DNA of 64,000 nt, taken from assembly GCA_964106915.2 (NCBI GenBank), contig OZ066920.1. One strand, written 5' to 3'. Both the position numbers and the translations under genes were made by a program. The DNA is from Podarcis gaigeae (lineage: Eukaryota). Positions 1 through 12,723 of the stretch are shown piece after piece. The notes below the pieces were generated by a model. The model saw nothing but the letters and a program-made list of their open reading frames with translations. It had not been told where the DNA came from and ran no database searches. Positions within the stretch are counted from its first letter, which is position 1. Each line of letters opens with the position of its first letter.

Positions 1-261
1 CCCACTGCCTAAACTGAAAATTCCCTAATGCTCTGAATTGTGCTAATTATGTGTGCAACTTGGCTTTCAGAAGACTTTCTCTCTTCAGTATGTGCACTTG
101 ATCTGTAAAAAAGATATTTATATACATATCTGTGCTGTGCTTGTTTAAAAAGGGGGGGGAGAGATAGAGTTTTAGGTATGCTTAATCTAATTAATAAAAT
201 GATTTGTTATTTAATACTATAATACCCTAAAATTGTATGCTAGTATTATATCATGGACTTA

Positions 262-629
262 AAAAGGTAAAGGTACCCCTGCCCATCAGGGCCAGTCGTG
301 ACCGACTCTAGGGTTGCATGCTCATCTCGCTCAGAAGGCTGGGTGGCCGCGCTTGTCCGAAGACAGCTTCCGGGTCACGTGGCCAGCGTGACTAAGCCGC
401 AGCTGGCGAGCCAGCACCAGCGCAGCACACGGAAACGCCGTTTACCTTCCCGCTGGAGAGTGGTCCCTATTTATCTACTCGCACTTTGGGGTGCTTTCGA
501 ACTGCTAGGTTGATAGGAGCTGGGACCGAACGACGGGAGCTCACCCCGCCGCGGGGATTCAAACTGCCAACCTTACGATCGGCAGGTCCTAGGCTCTGTG
601 GTTTAACCCACAGCGCCACCCGCATCCCT
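262..629 (-). mobile_element. Sauria SINE (Squam1-type), full length
   Basis: Reverse complement of the SINE at 39114; AAAGGT tail at the left end; 13-bp TSD TATCATGGACTTA at 249-261 and 630-642. Confidence 0.9.
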
Positions 630-652
630 TATCATGGACTTAGTTAATGATA

Positions 653-1018
653 AAAAAGGTAAAGGACCCCTGACAGTTAAGTCCAGTCACGAACGACTCT
701 GGGGTTGTGGTGCTTATCTCGCTTTACTGGCCAAGGGAGCCGGCGTTTGTCCGCAGACTGTTTTTCTGGGTCATGTTGACAGCATGACTAAGCCGCTTCT
801 GGTGATTCAGAGCAGTGCACGGAAATGCCGTTTACCTTCCCGCTGGAGCGGTACCTATTTATCTACTTGCACTTTGACGTGCTTTCGAACTGCTAGGTTG
901 GCAGGAGCTGGGACCAAACAATGGGAGCTGACCCCCGTCACAGGGATTTGAACCACCAACCTTCCGATCGGCAAACCCTAGGCTCAGTGGTTTAGACCAC
1001 AGCGCCACCCGCGTCCCC
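653..1018 (-). mobile_element. Sauria SINE, full length, second copy
   Basis: Same family as 262-629; 12-bp TSD TAGTTAATGATA at 641-652 and 1019-1030. Confidence 0.9.
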
Positions 1019-1084
1019 TAGTTAATGATACTGGTTGATTATTTCCAGAGCGGTTATTCCCTTGCAGCAAAAATAATAAAGATT

Positions 1085-1470
1085 TTTGTGGTACCTTAAA
1101 GACTAACTTTTTTATGGCATCTGATTTTGTGGAGTATAATTTACAACTTCAGGAGGCATTGAGGGGGATTGTTAATGGTGAGAGTCAGAAGGTAATGAAA
1201 TGCAGAAAAGTGCAGGTAGTGATAATTACATTATTAGCAAGTGGCCTTTCACAAAAAGCCAGTTTATGTTAATAACACAGACATCCTGGTATTGGTAAAC
1301 CAATTAACACATCAAGCGTGTTAAAAATCTATTGTGCCAATTCACTTTACAAGTGATAGCACTGAAGTTCTTGATGATGTGCTATCTGTATGGGCAATTT
1401 AAAGTAAGCTGCAGAATGTCCTGGGAGGTTTAAATGCCACTCCATTGATTTTATATATATATATATCCAT
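1085..1470 (-). mobile_element. Degraded Penelope-like retroelement 3' end
   Basis: TGTGGTACCTTAAAGACTAAC resembles the recalled reptile Penelope terminus (GTTAGTCTCTAAGGTGCCACA on the other strand); boundaries approximate. Confidence 0.5.
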
Positions 1471-1609
1471 CCATTTCTGCTATCAGGAAAGCTTTTACAC
1501 CTTACGTTATTATGCATTTATATTTTCAATTTTGTTAATGGAAAATGTTTTTAAAACTGCTACTGCTGTTGCTACTTCAAGATATGTTTGTATACTCTTT
1601 TTTGAATAG

Positions 1610-1780
<171 letters not shown>

Positions 1781-2764
1781 TGATGACAGATAACTAATGA
1801 GAGGCTTGCTAGTAAAAGAAATCTGAAATACATTTAAACAAAACTCACTAATAATAGAATTCCAGTCAACAAAACACCTGTCACTTTATACCTGTCAGTG
1901 ACAGCATCTCCCAACTTGGTTTTTTGCTTTGTCCAATAGCATCTATGTTCTAGAAATCCATTGTTTCTGACTCAGAGAGCCTCTTGTGTATCAGAGGGCT
2001 ACATGCTTCTTGGCTTCATCTGAGATCTTATTTCTCCCAACCACCAAGCATATTATTGGTGCCGTTAGTGCGTTGTGTGAATGGGTTGTCCTTACTATAT
2101 AGGAATTTGTTTCTATAATGCTTTTCTCACATTTGAAAGTTATTCGTCATATTTAATGTTCCTGTGGGAGGACTGAATACATCTGGAGGATTTAAATCAG
2201 AGATGTTAATTGAGACATGTGCGACTAAGCTTCTGTTTAATACCTCATTGAAATCTGGGGTGGGGGATGCTGCCAAGCAATAGAGAACTGGCTTTATGTA
2301 CAAGTAAGAGTTTGTATTAGAGAATTATTTACATTGTACATCCACCCATAGAGTACTTGTTCTTTTATTTGGTATCTAAATAGCTATTATAATTACATTA
2401 AATTCTACAAAGGGATGATTGCATGACTGGATGAAAGAAAATGAAATCCAAGCACAGTTTCTTGTCATTACATAGTCTTGTATGGTATAGCATCCTTCTT
2501 CTTGTGCCAGCACAGATTGTTTTGGCAAATACAGTCTTGGGTTATTTTAAAACCAGATTGGCATGGGACATTTAGACACACTCAAAAACTAGCCGTGAGT
2601 TATTTATTTTAATCTTTCAAACAATACTTATGAGAAGTAGCATGTTGCTGTTTTCTATTTTATAAATTGGGCAAAACATACTTAATTTCTTTGTGCATTA
2701 TGCTTATAAGAAAAGGTGGGTTTTGCTGAAGCTCTTGATCAATAGACCTGAATATGCTTAGTTA

Positions 2765-3150
2765 GTTTATTTGAAAAAAATTCCTGCCTCTAAACTTTAA
2801 CTTCCAGGGAGTGTACAACATAATTAAAATCTATATAATAAGCCGAATAAACAAACCAACAACAGGAGAGTCAGCAGTTACAGTCAACACAATAAAGCTT
2901 TTTAAAAGACATAAGAACAGCAGAACAAATATTTATAACACCAGTAAAAATACACTTAAAATTTTCCATAAACAGCCCTGAACTCAGCTGATATTCATTA
3001 AAAATGATTATGGACAGAGGGAGGTCCTTAATAATTCAGGCACCACAACTGAAAAGGCCCTGTATCCTGTCACCTCCTATGTCACATTCAAAGGTGGGGA
3101 TATTCTTAACAAGGCATCTGATGAAGATCTTAATAAAGGACAGGTTCAGA
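2765..3150 (-). mobile_element. Old L2-type LINE 3' fragment
   Basis: GGGAGG...GGCACCACAACTGAAAAGGCCCT motif similar to the younger L2 copy at 7160-7483; boundaries approximate. Confidence 0.4.
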
Positions 3151-3163
3151 TGAAATCCATATT

Positions 3164-3309
3164 GATAGCTCAGTTGGCAGAGCATGAGACTCTTAATCTC
3201 AGGCTCATGGGTTCAAGCCCCACATTGGGCAAAAGATTCCTGCATTGCAGGGGGCTGGACTAGATGACCCTTGTGGTCTCTTCTAACTCTACAGTTCTAT
3301 GATTCTATG
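3164..3309 (+). mobile_element. tRNA-Lys(CTT)-derived SINE with CR1 3' tail
   Basis: Head TAGCTCAGTTGGCAGAGCATGAGACTCTTAATCTCAGG..GGTTCAAGCCCCACATTGGGC is close to tRNA-Lys-CTT; tail CCTGCATTGCAGGGGGCTGGACTAGA...TTCTATGATTCTATG is shared with the CR1 at 19703-19742. Confidence 0.85.
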
Positions 3310-3609
3310 TCTTTGTCAACTGTTTGCCTACTGTTCCATAGCAATATATTTATTATTAACCACACTTTGGGCAGCTTATATGGCAGGAAAGAAAATATGA
3401 CCAAAACAAGAAGAATTGTTGTATTCACTTAGTAATAAAATGTAAAATATTTTTTTTATGTAAAAAGCAACATATGTGAGTCTGTAAAATGAAGCACTTA
3501 TATAAAACCAGGGAATGGAGGAACTGAAATATAGAACTTACATGTTTGATTTCCAAAGGCATTTGTCAAAGAAGGTGAGTGACACAGTACAGAAACCAGT
3601 GTTATTCAT

Positions 3610-4200
3610 ACTTTATTTTAGTTGTTATATTGCCAAGGCACATTTGTGCCTGCTGTGACACTGAAGGTTGTTCACAAAAGGTAAAAATATCTAGCACAAA
3701 AATGCAACAATAAAAACAATAAGGAGCAAATGAAAACTAGGCATATAGATGGATGAAACTATAAAAGCTTGACTGTGCAGAACAATAACAGATAAGCAAT
3801 CACATTTACATGATTACCTAGTAACTAATACAATCAAGAGAAAGCTCAGGTGAAGAGGAGAGCCTTCATCTGGCATCTAATAAAATAATAAAGTACGTGT
3901 TGGGCACATCTACCAAGGGAGGGAGTTTCACAGTTGGAGTCCAACTGCTGAGGTAGCCCTGATAGATCACTACTTATCCTCTGAAGGCGGTGAAAAGTAG
4001 GGACAGGCTTCCCATAATTAGCTCAGCTGCTGGGCTGGTTTGTATGGGAAGAAATCAGTATTCCAAATACATTTACTCTGGACTGTTTGGGGCTTTAAAT
4101 GTTAAAAAAAATAGTAAGTTGAATTATGTCTATGGTTAAACTGGAAAACAGTGAAGCTTTCTTAATGCAATATGTTCATTGTGACATGACTGGCTGTACT
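3610..4200 (-). mobile_element. Old L2-type LINE 3' fragment
   Basis: TTTATTTA start and GGGAGGGAGTTTCACAG...GCCCT motif; highly diverged, boundaries approximate. Confidence 0.4.
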
Positions 4201-4480
4201 TCTACTTAGTTTCCAGATGGTAGTCTTGGAGTTGGATCCAGAAAACTGTTCAAGCACAATCTGTCAGTTTCCGACAGCACAATGACTTATTGACATGGAG
4301 AGGTCTCTGTGGGGAGTGATGTGCAGTGAGCTGTAGAGCCGCTAGGTTTAGATACAGTAAACAAGGAATTTGTATCATATGTTTCTTGAGAATTCTTATA
4401 TACCACTGTATGGTCCTGAGAGGTTCTCTAATGGCTTACAGAATATTTTCATAATAAAAATCACTTTTAATTACATACGG

Positions 4481-4760
4481 CAGGCATGTCCAACCAGTAG
4501 ATTGTGATCTACTAGTAGATCCCTGGCTGATCCTAGTAGATTGCAGGACCCTTGTCAATTTGTGGGATTAAATAAAGTTAAACAAATAAAAGCCGAAGAA
4601 CTCTGGGCCATCCTGCCCCCCCAAAAGCTCAACAACTCTGGCCAATCCACCCACCCACCCCATGCACGCTCCTCCTCCCTCCAATGACAATGGGTAGACC
4701 ACTGCCAGGATATTTTATACTGGGAGTAGATCGCAGTCTCTTGGGAGTTGGACGTGCCTG
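4481..4760. mobile_element. hAT-type MITE
   Basis: TIRs CAGGCATGTCCAAC / GTTGGACGTGCCTG; 8-bp TSD ACATACGG / ACATATGG differing by one CpG transition. Confidence 0.85.
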
Positions 4761-4951
4761 ACATATGGTATCAGGAACAGAATTAACATTGTGAACCTAT
4801 TCTGCAGAGTCTATTTAAGTGGCATTTCCAGCCCTCATTCTTGTTCTATAGTAATTAGCAATTCATTGTCACGTGCTGGAGCAGAAAGTGGCCACATGAA
4901 TCTGTTCCTGTGCACGGTACTGTAAACTTGTGGATAAGAAAAATGACTGTA

Positions 4952-5184
4952 CAGTGGTACCTCAGGTTAAGTACTTAATTCATTCCAGAGGTCCGTTCTT
5001 AACCTGAAACTGTTCTTAACCTGAAACACCACTTTAGCTAATGGGGCCTCCCGCGCCGCCAGAGCACTATTTCTGTTCTTATCGTTAAGCAAATTTCTTA
5101 ACCCAAGGTACTATTTCTGGGTTAGCGGAGTCTGTAACCTGAAGCGTATGTAACCTGAAGCGTATGTAACCCAAAGTACCACTG
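4952..5184 (+). mobile_element. Tc1/mariner-pogo(Tigger)-type MITE, copy 1 (strand arbitrary)
   Basis: TIRs CAGTGGTAC / GTACCACTG with TA TSD; five copies in the window. Confidence 0.88.
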
Positions 5185-6381
5185 TACTTCTTCCCACCAT
5201 TGGGTTGTTGTTGGAATTAGTGAGAGAGAGATTATAAAACTTTGACTAAATTTGTTCTTTCTTTCAAAGTCACATGTTCTGCAGAACATATAATGTAGAA
5301 TGTGTGACTGCATACAAGAATGGCCTAGTTAACCCAGTGCCCAACACATCCACAGTTGTAAGGGGAGAGCAGCAAATGAAGGTAGTCCTGAACCATCACT
5401 TGGCATTAGCCAACCTACTTCTCTCAGGTTTTAGAGAGGCTGGGCTTTTCACCCTCATTTTTGCAGCCAGTTCCTGACCTTCGGGCACAGATAATCTGAA
5501 AATCAGATAAACTGTTTCCAGATAATCAGGAACTCACTGTAATTGAAAGATGCTATTTCCCTCCAGGATTATTTCAGAGATGCAGAGCTGTGAAATAACC
5601 ATGTTAGGCATGCAGGGATAAAAACTAATATTTCGTAGCCTTAGAGGGATCAGAGAAAGATTCCTTTCAAGGACTATTCAGTAATGTTTTTATAATAATA
5701 ATTAAGAAACCCTTCAACTTTTGCTGTATATAGTATATGCAGAGGTGCTCTTGATAGATTTGCCCAAATACTTCTTTTATAATAAACAGGTGATTCATTC
5801 CTCTCAAAGTTACTATGTTTTTAGTCACTGATACACATCAGTATTGTAATGAAAATCAATAATGTACATTTTTGATGAAAACAGTTTAGAAGTTTTTATG
5901 ATTAAACAGTATACAAAGTTTATTAAATAAAGAAAAAATGCATACCTACAGCAATTCTGTGATAGGTAGGGTTGTGTCAACAAGAAGGGTTGTCCTTTTG
6001 CCTTCTGAAAAGGGAGGTGAGTTGTTTCCTCCCCCCCAAAATTTTTTTTTGATTTGATTTTCATAATTTTATGGAAGGAAAAGAAAATACAGTGTAACAA
6101 CAAATAGCACACCACAGTTATCCCCCCTTCCTCTCCTGCAGTTTTGCCAAGTGATTTGGAGATATTTACACTTGTTGGTTTTTGTTTTATTTGTTTTGTT
6201 CTGAACTACCCCTTCTTTCATTTGTGCCAGTGTAGATTTGGACCCTTCAATGTGCATCCTGCTAAAAGATATCAAGAAACCTTGCACAGGATTCAACAAT
6301 TCCTTTTCAGTATGCAGTGGAATTAGTTGACTGTGTAGTAAGGGAAGGAAGAAGGGCCCTTCCAAGGTTTATTCCACTAAC

Positions 6382-6630
6382 GGGAGCCAGTGTGGTGTAG
6401 TGGTTAAGAGCAGTGGACTCGTAATCTGGGTAACCGGGTTCGTGTCCCCGCTCCTCCACATGCAGCTGCTGGGTGACCTTGGGCTAGTCACACTTCTCTG
6501 AAGTCTCTCAGCCCCACTCACCCCACAGAGTGTTTGTTGTGGGGGAGGAAGGGAAAGGAGAATGTTAGCCGCTTTGAGACTCCTTCGGGTAGTGATAAAG
6601 CGGGATATCAAATCCAAACTCTTCTTCTTC
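6382..6630 (+). mobile_element. Squam3-like tRNA-derived SINE
   Basis: GGGAGCCAGTGTGGTGTAGTGGTTAAG head with A and B boxes, CORE-like CTGGGTGACCTTGGGCTAGTCAC, (CTT)n tail. Confidence 0.8.
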
Positions 6631-7159
6631 TAACACTACAAGGTGATCTGAAGTCTTCTCTATTTCCAGGCTCTCTAGCTCTTCTTGGGGCCCCTTTTTG
6701 AGTGTGCTCTGCACACAAGCTTCTCTGAATTCCATCTCTGAACTTTGTTTCAAACAGCTCTCCTCTTGGTGCATTTTTACACATGCAGATAATCTCAGTT
6801 TTGCAATACTGCTTCTGGCTATTTCTCAGTTGCTGCATGCATGGTTGAATATTGTTGGCACATCAGGAGCTCACCAACAGATGAACGCATTCTATTCTGT
6901 GACCAGAAGGTTTATGAGATCACAAATTGGCAAGCAGGAAGTCAAGTAACTGGTTGCTGATGAGAATTTGGTGATCAGAATTACTCGACATTTTGCAGTT
7001 TGTTCGTTTTTCTATATTGTGCAATATATACTACATGAGCCGCATTGTGCTCTTATAACAGGACTTTCCTCTCCTCTCCTCTCCTCTCCCCTCCCTGTGT
7101 GCTCCCAAAACCTGCTCCAGAGGGTCCATCAACCTGCATGGCCAGTGGTCAGGAATGGG

Positions 7160-7483
7160 ATAATAATAAAAAAATAATAGAATTAATTAATTATACCCCG
7201 CCCATCTGGCTGGGTTTCCCCAGTCACTCTGGGTAGCTTCCAACAAAATATTAAAATACAATAGTCCATCAAACATTAAAAGCTTCCCTAAACAGGGCTG
7301 CCTTCAGATGTCTTCTAAAAGTCTGGTAGTTGTTTTTCTTTTTGACATCTGGTGGGAGGGCGTTTCACAGGGCAGGTGCCACTACCAAGAAGGCCCTCTG
7401 CCTGGTTCCCTGTAACTTGGCTTCTCACAGTGAGGGAACCGCAAGAAGGCCCTCGGCGCTGGACCTCAGTGTCGGGGCAGAAT
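7160..7483 (-). mobile_element. L2-type LINE 3' end, 5'-truncated
   Basis: AT-rich tail, then ATACCCCGCCCATCTGGCTGGG...GGGAGGGCGTTTCACAGGGCAGGTGCCACTACCAAGAAGGCCCT, typical of lizard L2 ends. Confidence 0.7.
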
Positions 7484-10400
7484 GATATATCCATTGTATA
7501 GTTTAGCTCCTCATCTATGCTCAGGGATTCTGGATTTGGATCTAGCAGTTGCAAGTTAAACCTGATAATGTTGGAGACAGAATATTGTTGGCAATAATCC
7601 ATTCTTCAAATACTGCTGGCCAGTGAAAAGTGGAAGTGGGCTATTCCTACTCAGCATTCCACAAAAGCACTGAAAATATCTGGAGCTTGTTTCTGTTTCC
7701 TCAGTAAAGCTGCTGTATTTTTTTGCAGCTGCCTAGGGTGTGTGTTGGTGTATTCTTTGTCTGGCCAGGAAACTTTGAGCCAAGCAAAGAGAAAAAGGCA
7801 AACAGTGCAATGGCAGAGTTCAAGCTGCTTTAGAAAGGGTAGCCCTGTTGAAAGAGACAAAGCATGCGGAGGATTAGGAATTGGGTAGCAGCTGCAGAAT
7901 GATTTGACATGAATGTTATAAAACAGTTTAGCAAGAAATGAATGAGATTGTGTAACTAGTAAGAAAGGAGGATTTATTTTATGTGCAACAGCCGTATTGA
8001 GCAGCTGATGATCCCACTTTTATGGGGGAGGGGATATGAAAGTGTAAGGGTCAGCAGGAGAGCGGCATAAAAATCTATGTGGTTAGAAACTGTTGTAAAT
8101 GCTTTTATGTATTATCAATTTAGAAGTGAAATATGATGAACACAAGCAGTGAAGTTTAATCTCAATTGAGCAGCTCACCACTCTGCACTTCATCTCACCA
8201 TTAATGCACACACACGTTAAATAACTTTCCAACATGGAACTTTGTTGACTCTTTTCCTGGTCATATTAACCAAAAGAAAGAGGTGTGATCAGTCTTAAGG
8301 AAGCAGAGGCTACAGTAGAAACTCTTGTCTGCACCTCTTTCCAGCTGCAGCCCAAAGTCCTGCGTGAGGTTTTTCCTTTTAGAACAGCAGTGCTGCAGAC
8401 AGAAGGAGTGTTGTTCCCATAGAACAAACCTCTTTACTAATCAGTTTAATGAAGATGGATGTTGCCTGTGTGCAACATGGTACCGCCACTTGTTGCTTTT
8501 GTAAGCTGTCATTCTAAACAAATACAGCAGCCCTGTCTTCTAGATGACATGACTCTTATCTTGCAACACAAACTTAGTTTTAATATTTTTCATAATATGT
8601 CTTTGAAAATTATTTCTGAGTGTTGAAGTATATATCACATTTTTATGTTGCTTTGCTACAGCTTGCCAGATTAAACGATCCCCCTTCCCCTCCATGCATG
8701 TTGTTCTAGGGTTCTTCTGAACCTCCCCTAAGCCAATTTGAGGGGCAGTGGGGGGAGAATGAGGAAGTCTCATTGCTCTAGCTGCAGACGCCCTTACATG
8801 GGCTTCTGTTATTAGGACTAATTAGCTGAAACCAGCCCCAGGAACCTGAAGACCACGCGGACATTTCAAATTGAAGATCCAAAGGGTTGTGTAGGGGGGG
8901 GCAGAGGACCCAGAGGCAACAGTTCAGGAATCTGCTTTACAATGTTTTTAGCAGAGCATTTTTTGTTAAAGGCTTGTTCTCACAGTTAGTGAACTTTAGC
9001 AAGTGAGGGGGCGATTGCTTTTATATCACATTTCTATACAGTTGCATCCCTGAAGCATCTGGAAATGATTTTTCATGGGAAAATGATTTTGATTTGAGTC
9101 AAAGGTGGTGAGAAATGCTACCTCTCCAATAATTTTAAAAATGTTTTTATCAACTGTATAAGCCTGATTCTGCTTTCTTGGCCATTTCTCAAATGCACCA
9201 GAATATTGTTTCCCTCTTCTTGTTACTTGAATGAAAAGCAGTAGGTCAGCACAAAGCCTTAAAAGTATGTACCAGCTATTACCTTCTTTTCTTTTACTGA
9301 AAGAATAACTTGAGGGGGAGAGTATATGTTTTTATAAACATAAAAGTGTGTGCTGGAGCCCTTTATTTGGAGGGAGGGTAGACACAGTTGGCAACAAATA
9401 CTTGGCATTCTTAGCTGCCGGAGTCTCTTAAGCATTTTCTACTCCCACATGGAGTGGATGCCAGATTTATAAAGAAATTAATACTTTATAATGGAATGGA
9501 TAAAGGTGCTCATATCAAACTTCTTAGGGGGTTTTCCATACCAGATGGTTGAAAGCAAATGCAAAGTCATTATTTTAGCACCTATATTGATATTTGTTCT
9601 GGTACAAATCTAGAGTTCCCATGAGTGGAGCTCCACTCATAGAATGCTTCCACATGAGGAAAGGTTGGAGCCAATCTTCACTAAACCCTCTGTCATCCTG
9701 CAGCATCTTGAAAAGTTGTCCATTATGGGACTCTCTAGAACGTTGTGGGAGGTGATATTAGGAGCAGGGCCACAGTAAATCAGTGGACATTGGCTGTCCC
9801 CCCCCCCAACTTTTCCAGTAAGAGCCTGCCCTGAATATCCACCCTTTCCACCAATGGAAAGAGTAGGGATGGTGGAGAAATTTGATTCAGTTGTCACTTA
9901 AAGGAATGGCATTCTCCTTTTTGTATCACATGTGAAACATGTAAGTCAGTCTTGGAAAACCATTCATGTATCTTGCTAGAAATGCTAAGAGTTTAAAGGC
10001 ATAACGTCTGTGGTTCTAAACAGTGTAAGCCCGATAGATTTCCTTTTATTTTAATGAAATGTAAATTATGTGTCAATATTACATAATGAATGATAAACAC
10101 GAAGCTTAATTCAATTAGATGTGTGCATAAAAAAGTCATTTTGTTACTCCATTCATTTTCATTAATTGCTTCATTGTTCACTTGTTAGAACTGCATTTGT
10201 ACCATTTGTTATTGTCACTTCCATTCATTTTCATTTCCCTTTTAAATGAAGGAACCAGATGCTTTTTCTACTGGTTGTAACTTTGGTGCATGTCTGTAAG
10301 GTAGCCTTTAGTACAAAGGATTTGCATGGTAGATGAGCAAGCAAGGGACACGATTGAGAGGGGTGGCTGAGAGGACATTAACAGATGTCAGCCAAGCATA

Positions 10401-11663
10401 AAGGAACCCACAAAAGTTCTAATCTGCAGAGGGGGATGAGAACATTGCAGGCAACTGCCTGAAAGCAGAAAAATCTAGCAAGGCTGTTATTTTCTCTCTC
10501 CTCCTTTCCTCAAACATTTTTCTATTTTAGCTGTACAGTAACTCCATGTCTGCAGTCTCAGGAGTACTTCTGCAATGAGAAGCCTGTAGTTCTGAATGTG
10601 GCTTGACCGTGTTCTCCATTTCCTGTCCAATGTCTTATGTCTTGAAGATGTGAAGAGTTTTCTTGTGACTCTTTATCACACTGCTAATAACAGTTCTAAT
10701 AACATTATCTTGTCCTTATTCAGGAAATGAAGAAGGATGATTTTTGTTTACTTCCAATCTTCTGAGAAAATAGTCGCTTGTGCATGACTGCCATAACTTA
10801 TCTGTAAACCCTTACATAGGAAATACACTTGGGTCTGTATGTCATGGCTGATAAGAGCAAAGACCTCTTAGCAATATGTGGACTTACTGCAGGTTCCAGG
10901 AAGTATCCCTGGAAACTGCAAATTTACAAAAATCAGCAAAATTGGCACTGCCGACATGGCTTGCCATACGTCCAGATTCTGCTTATTTCCACCCAGACAA
11001 TGCTTTCGATCACAGTATTCTGGGTATGTCCTGGAAATTCCACATATGGCAACCCTAAACTAAGCACATGGTGTTCAAAAAGCAACCCAGAATTGAAAAA
11101 GTAAGGCAATTTCTCAAAATAATAGCAGCTCTACTTTTCCTCCCTGCTTCCATTGGGTTGTAATTTCCACATTGCAAATGTTTTGGAAGTGATCTAAGCC
11201 CTTATGACTCAGACTTTAAAGTCAGTATCTAAGCGCTCAAGTTTAGGAGGGAGTTTGCCTACAGACAAACATTATCTCATTGTGCATATTGTAATATACT
11301 GACATCCTCATCTGAAAAATATGAGGTGTGGACTGGTTATCCAGTATGGTGTTTTTTTATATTCCTAAACTTCATGAAGTTCTCCCTGCTACTTACTGTT
11401 TAGTGTTGGGCGTTTTACATAGCACAGAAGTGAGGCAGTTGCTGCTGTTGAAAAGCCTTTGCTTTAGACAAAGGTGAAGAGAGGTAGATAATAACTTGCA
11501 ACACAGACGAAGCGGAGGTCAGGAAAGCCTCAGTAGAACAGCTGAGACATGTGGGCATTTATAAATTGGAGGGAGGGGCTGGCATACCAGTTCCAAACAA
11601 AATGTGACAACCAGTGTTTCCCTGGATTATATTGTGGATCTGCATGCCTTCTATTGGCTAGCG

Positions 11664-11799
11664 CAGGCTCCCTCAAACTCGGCCCTCCAGATGTTTTTGG
11701 CCTACAACTGCCATGATTCCTAGCTAGCAGGTCCAGTTATCAGGGATGATGGTAATTGTAGTCTAAAAACATCTGGAGGGCTGAGTTTGAGGGAGCCTG
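11664..11799. mobile_element. Palindromic 136-bp hAT-type MITE
   Basis: CAGGCTCCCTCAAACTC / GAGTTTGAGGGAGCCTG termini, arms paired almost throughout; 8-bp TSD GGCTAGCG / GGCTAGCA. Degenerate relatives at about 12239-12372 and 37720-37786. Confidence 0.88.
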
Positions 11800-11943
11800 G
11801 GCTAGCATGTTAGATTTGGACATGATCCAGGTTTAAATCTCCACTCAGTTATGAACTTCATCAGCTGCATTTCAGGGGTGTTTTGTTGCTAAACTACAGC
11901 TTTGAGGCCATTGGAAGGGAGAGCAGGTTAAGGCTTTAGATCT

Positions 11944-12118
11944 GAGGTAGAGCACATGCTTCACTTTGTGTGTAAAAGGCCCTGTCCAATCCCTGGAATC
12001 TCCAGGTAGGGCTGGAGAAGATTCCTGTATGAAACACTAGCGAGATACTGCCAGTCTGTGCTTGATACTGAGCTTGATAGAACAATGGTCTGACATTATA
12101 AGGCAGCTTCTTATATTC
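11944..12118 (+). mobile_element. Old squamate tRNA-related SINE (possibly Squam2)
   Basis: CTCCAGGTAGGGCTGG...CTGCCAGTCTGTG..TACTGAGCT..ATAAGGCAGCTTC shared with the copy at 58836-59025; a partial reverse copy of the 5' half lies at 26520-26630. Confidence 0.65.
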
Positions 12119-12481
12119 AGATATACCGTGGTTTGTTTTGCTCAGCCAAAAACAAAAATCATCTTAAAAAGTTGTCTTCCTCCTCCTGAAAAAGTAGGGA
12201 TATGTTTTAAATATAGACTCCTCGATATCACTTTAATTCAGCCTTCCTCAACAAGAACCTTGGAGATGCTTTGAACTAAAAATTCCATCAGCCTCAGTCA
12301 GCATTGCCAGTGGTCAGGGATGATGGCAGTTGTGGTCCAAAACATCTGGAGGTGGACCAGGTGGGGAAAGTGTCTTCTAATGAAGTTAGAACCCGTTTTT
12401 TTGTGGTATACGAAGGATTCATGGAGTTGTTCACTCCCTTTGAGGGTAATTCCATGCAGGTCACATGGTAATTTTTCTATA

Positions 12482-12723
12482 CAGTGGTACCTCGGGTTAA
12501 GTACTTATTTCGTTCCGGAGGTCTGTTCTTAACCTGAAACTGTTCTTAATCTGAAGCACCACTTTAGCTAATGGGGCCTCCTGCTGCTGCCACGCCGCTG
12601 GAGCACGATTTCCGTTCTTATCCTTAAGCAAAGTTCTTAACCTGAAGCACTATTTCTGTGTTAGTGGAGTCTGTAACCGGAAGCATATGTAACCTGAAGC
12701 GTATGTAACCCGAGGTACCACTG
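12482..12723 (+). mobile_element. pogo/Tigger-type MITE, copy 2
   Basis: TA|CAGTGGTACCTCGGGTTA...TAACCCGAGGTACCACTG|TA. Confidence 0.9.

Noticed and set aside
3164-3230. Functional tRNA-Lys(CTT) gene
   Set aside because: The 5' acceptor strand is missing, there are CpG-type substitutions, and it is fused to a CR1 tail; it is a SINE head. The same applies to 57375-57435.
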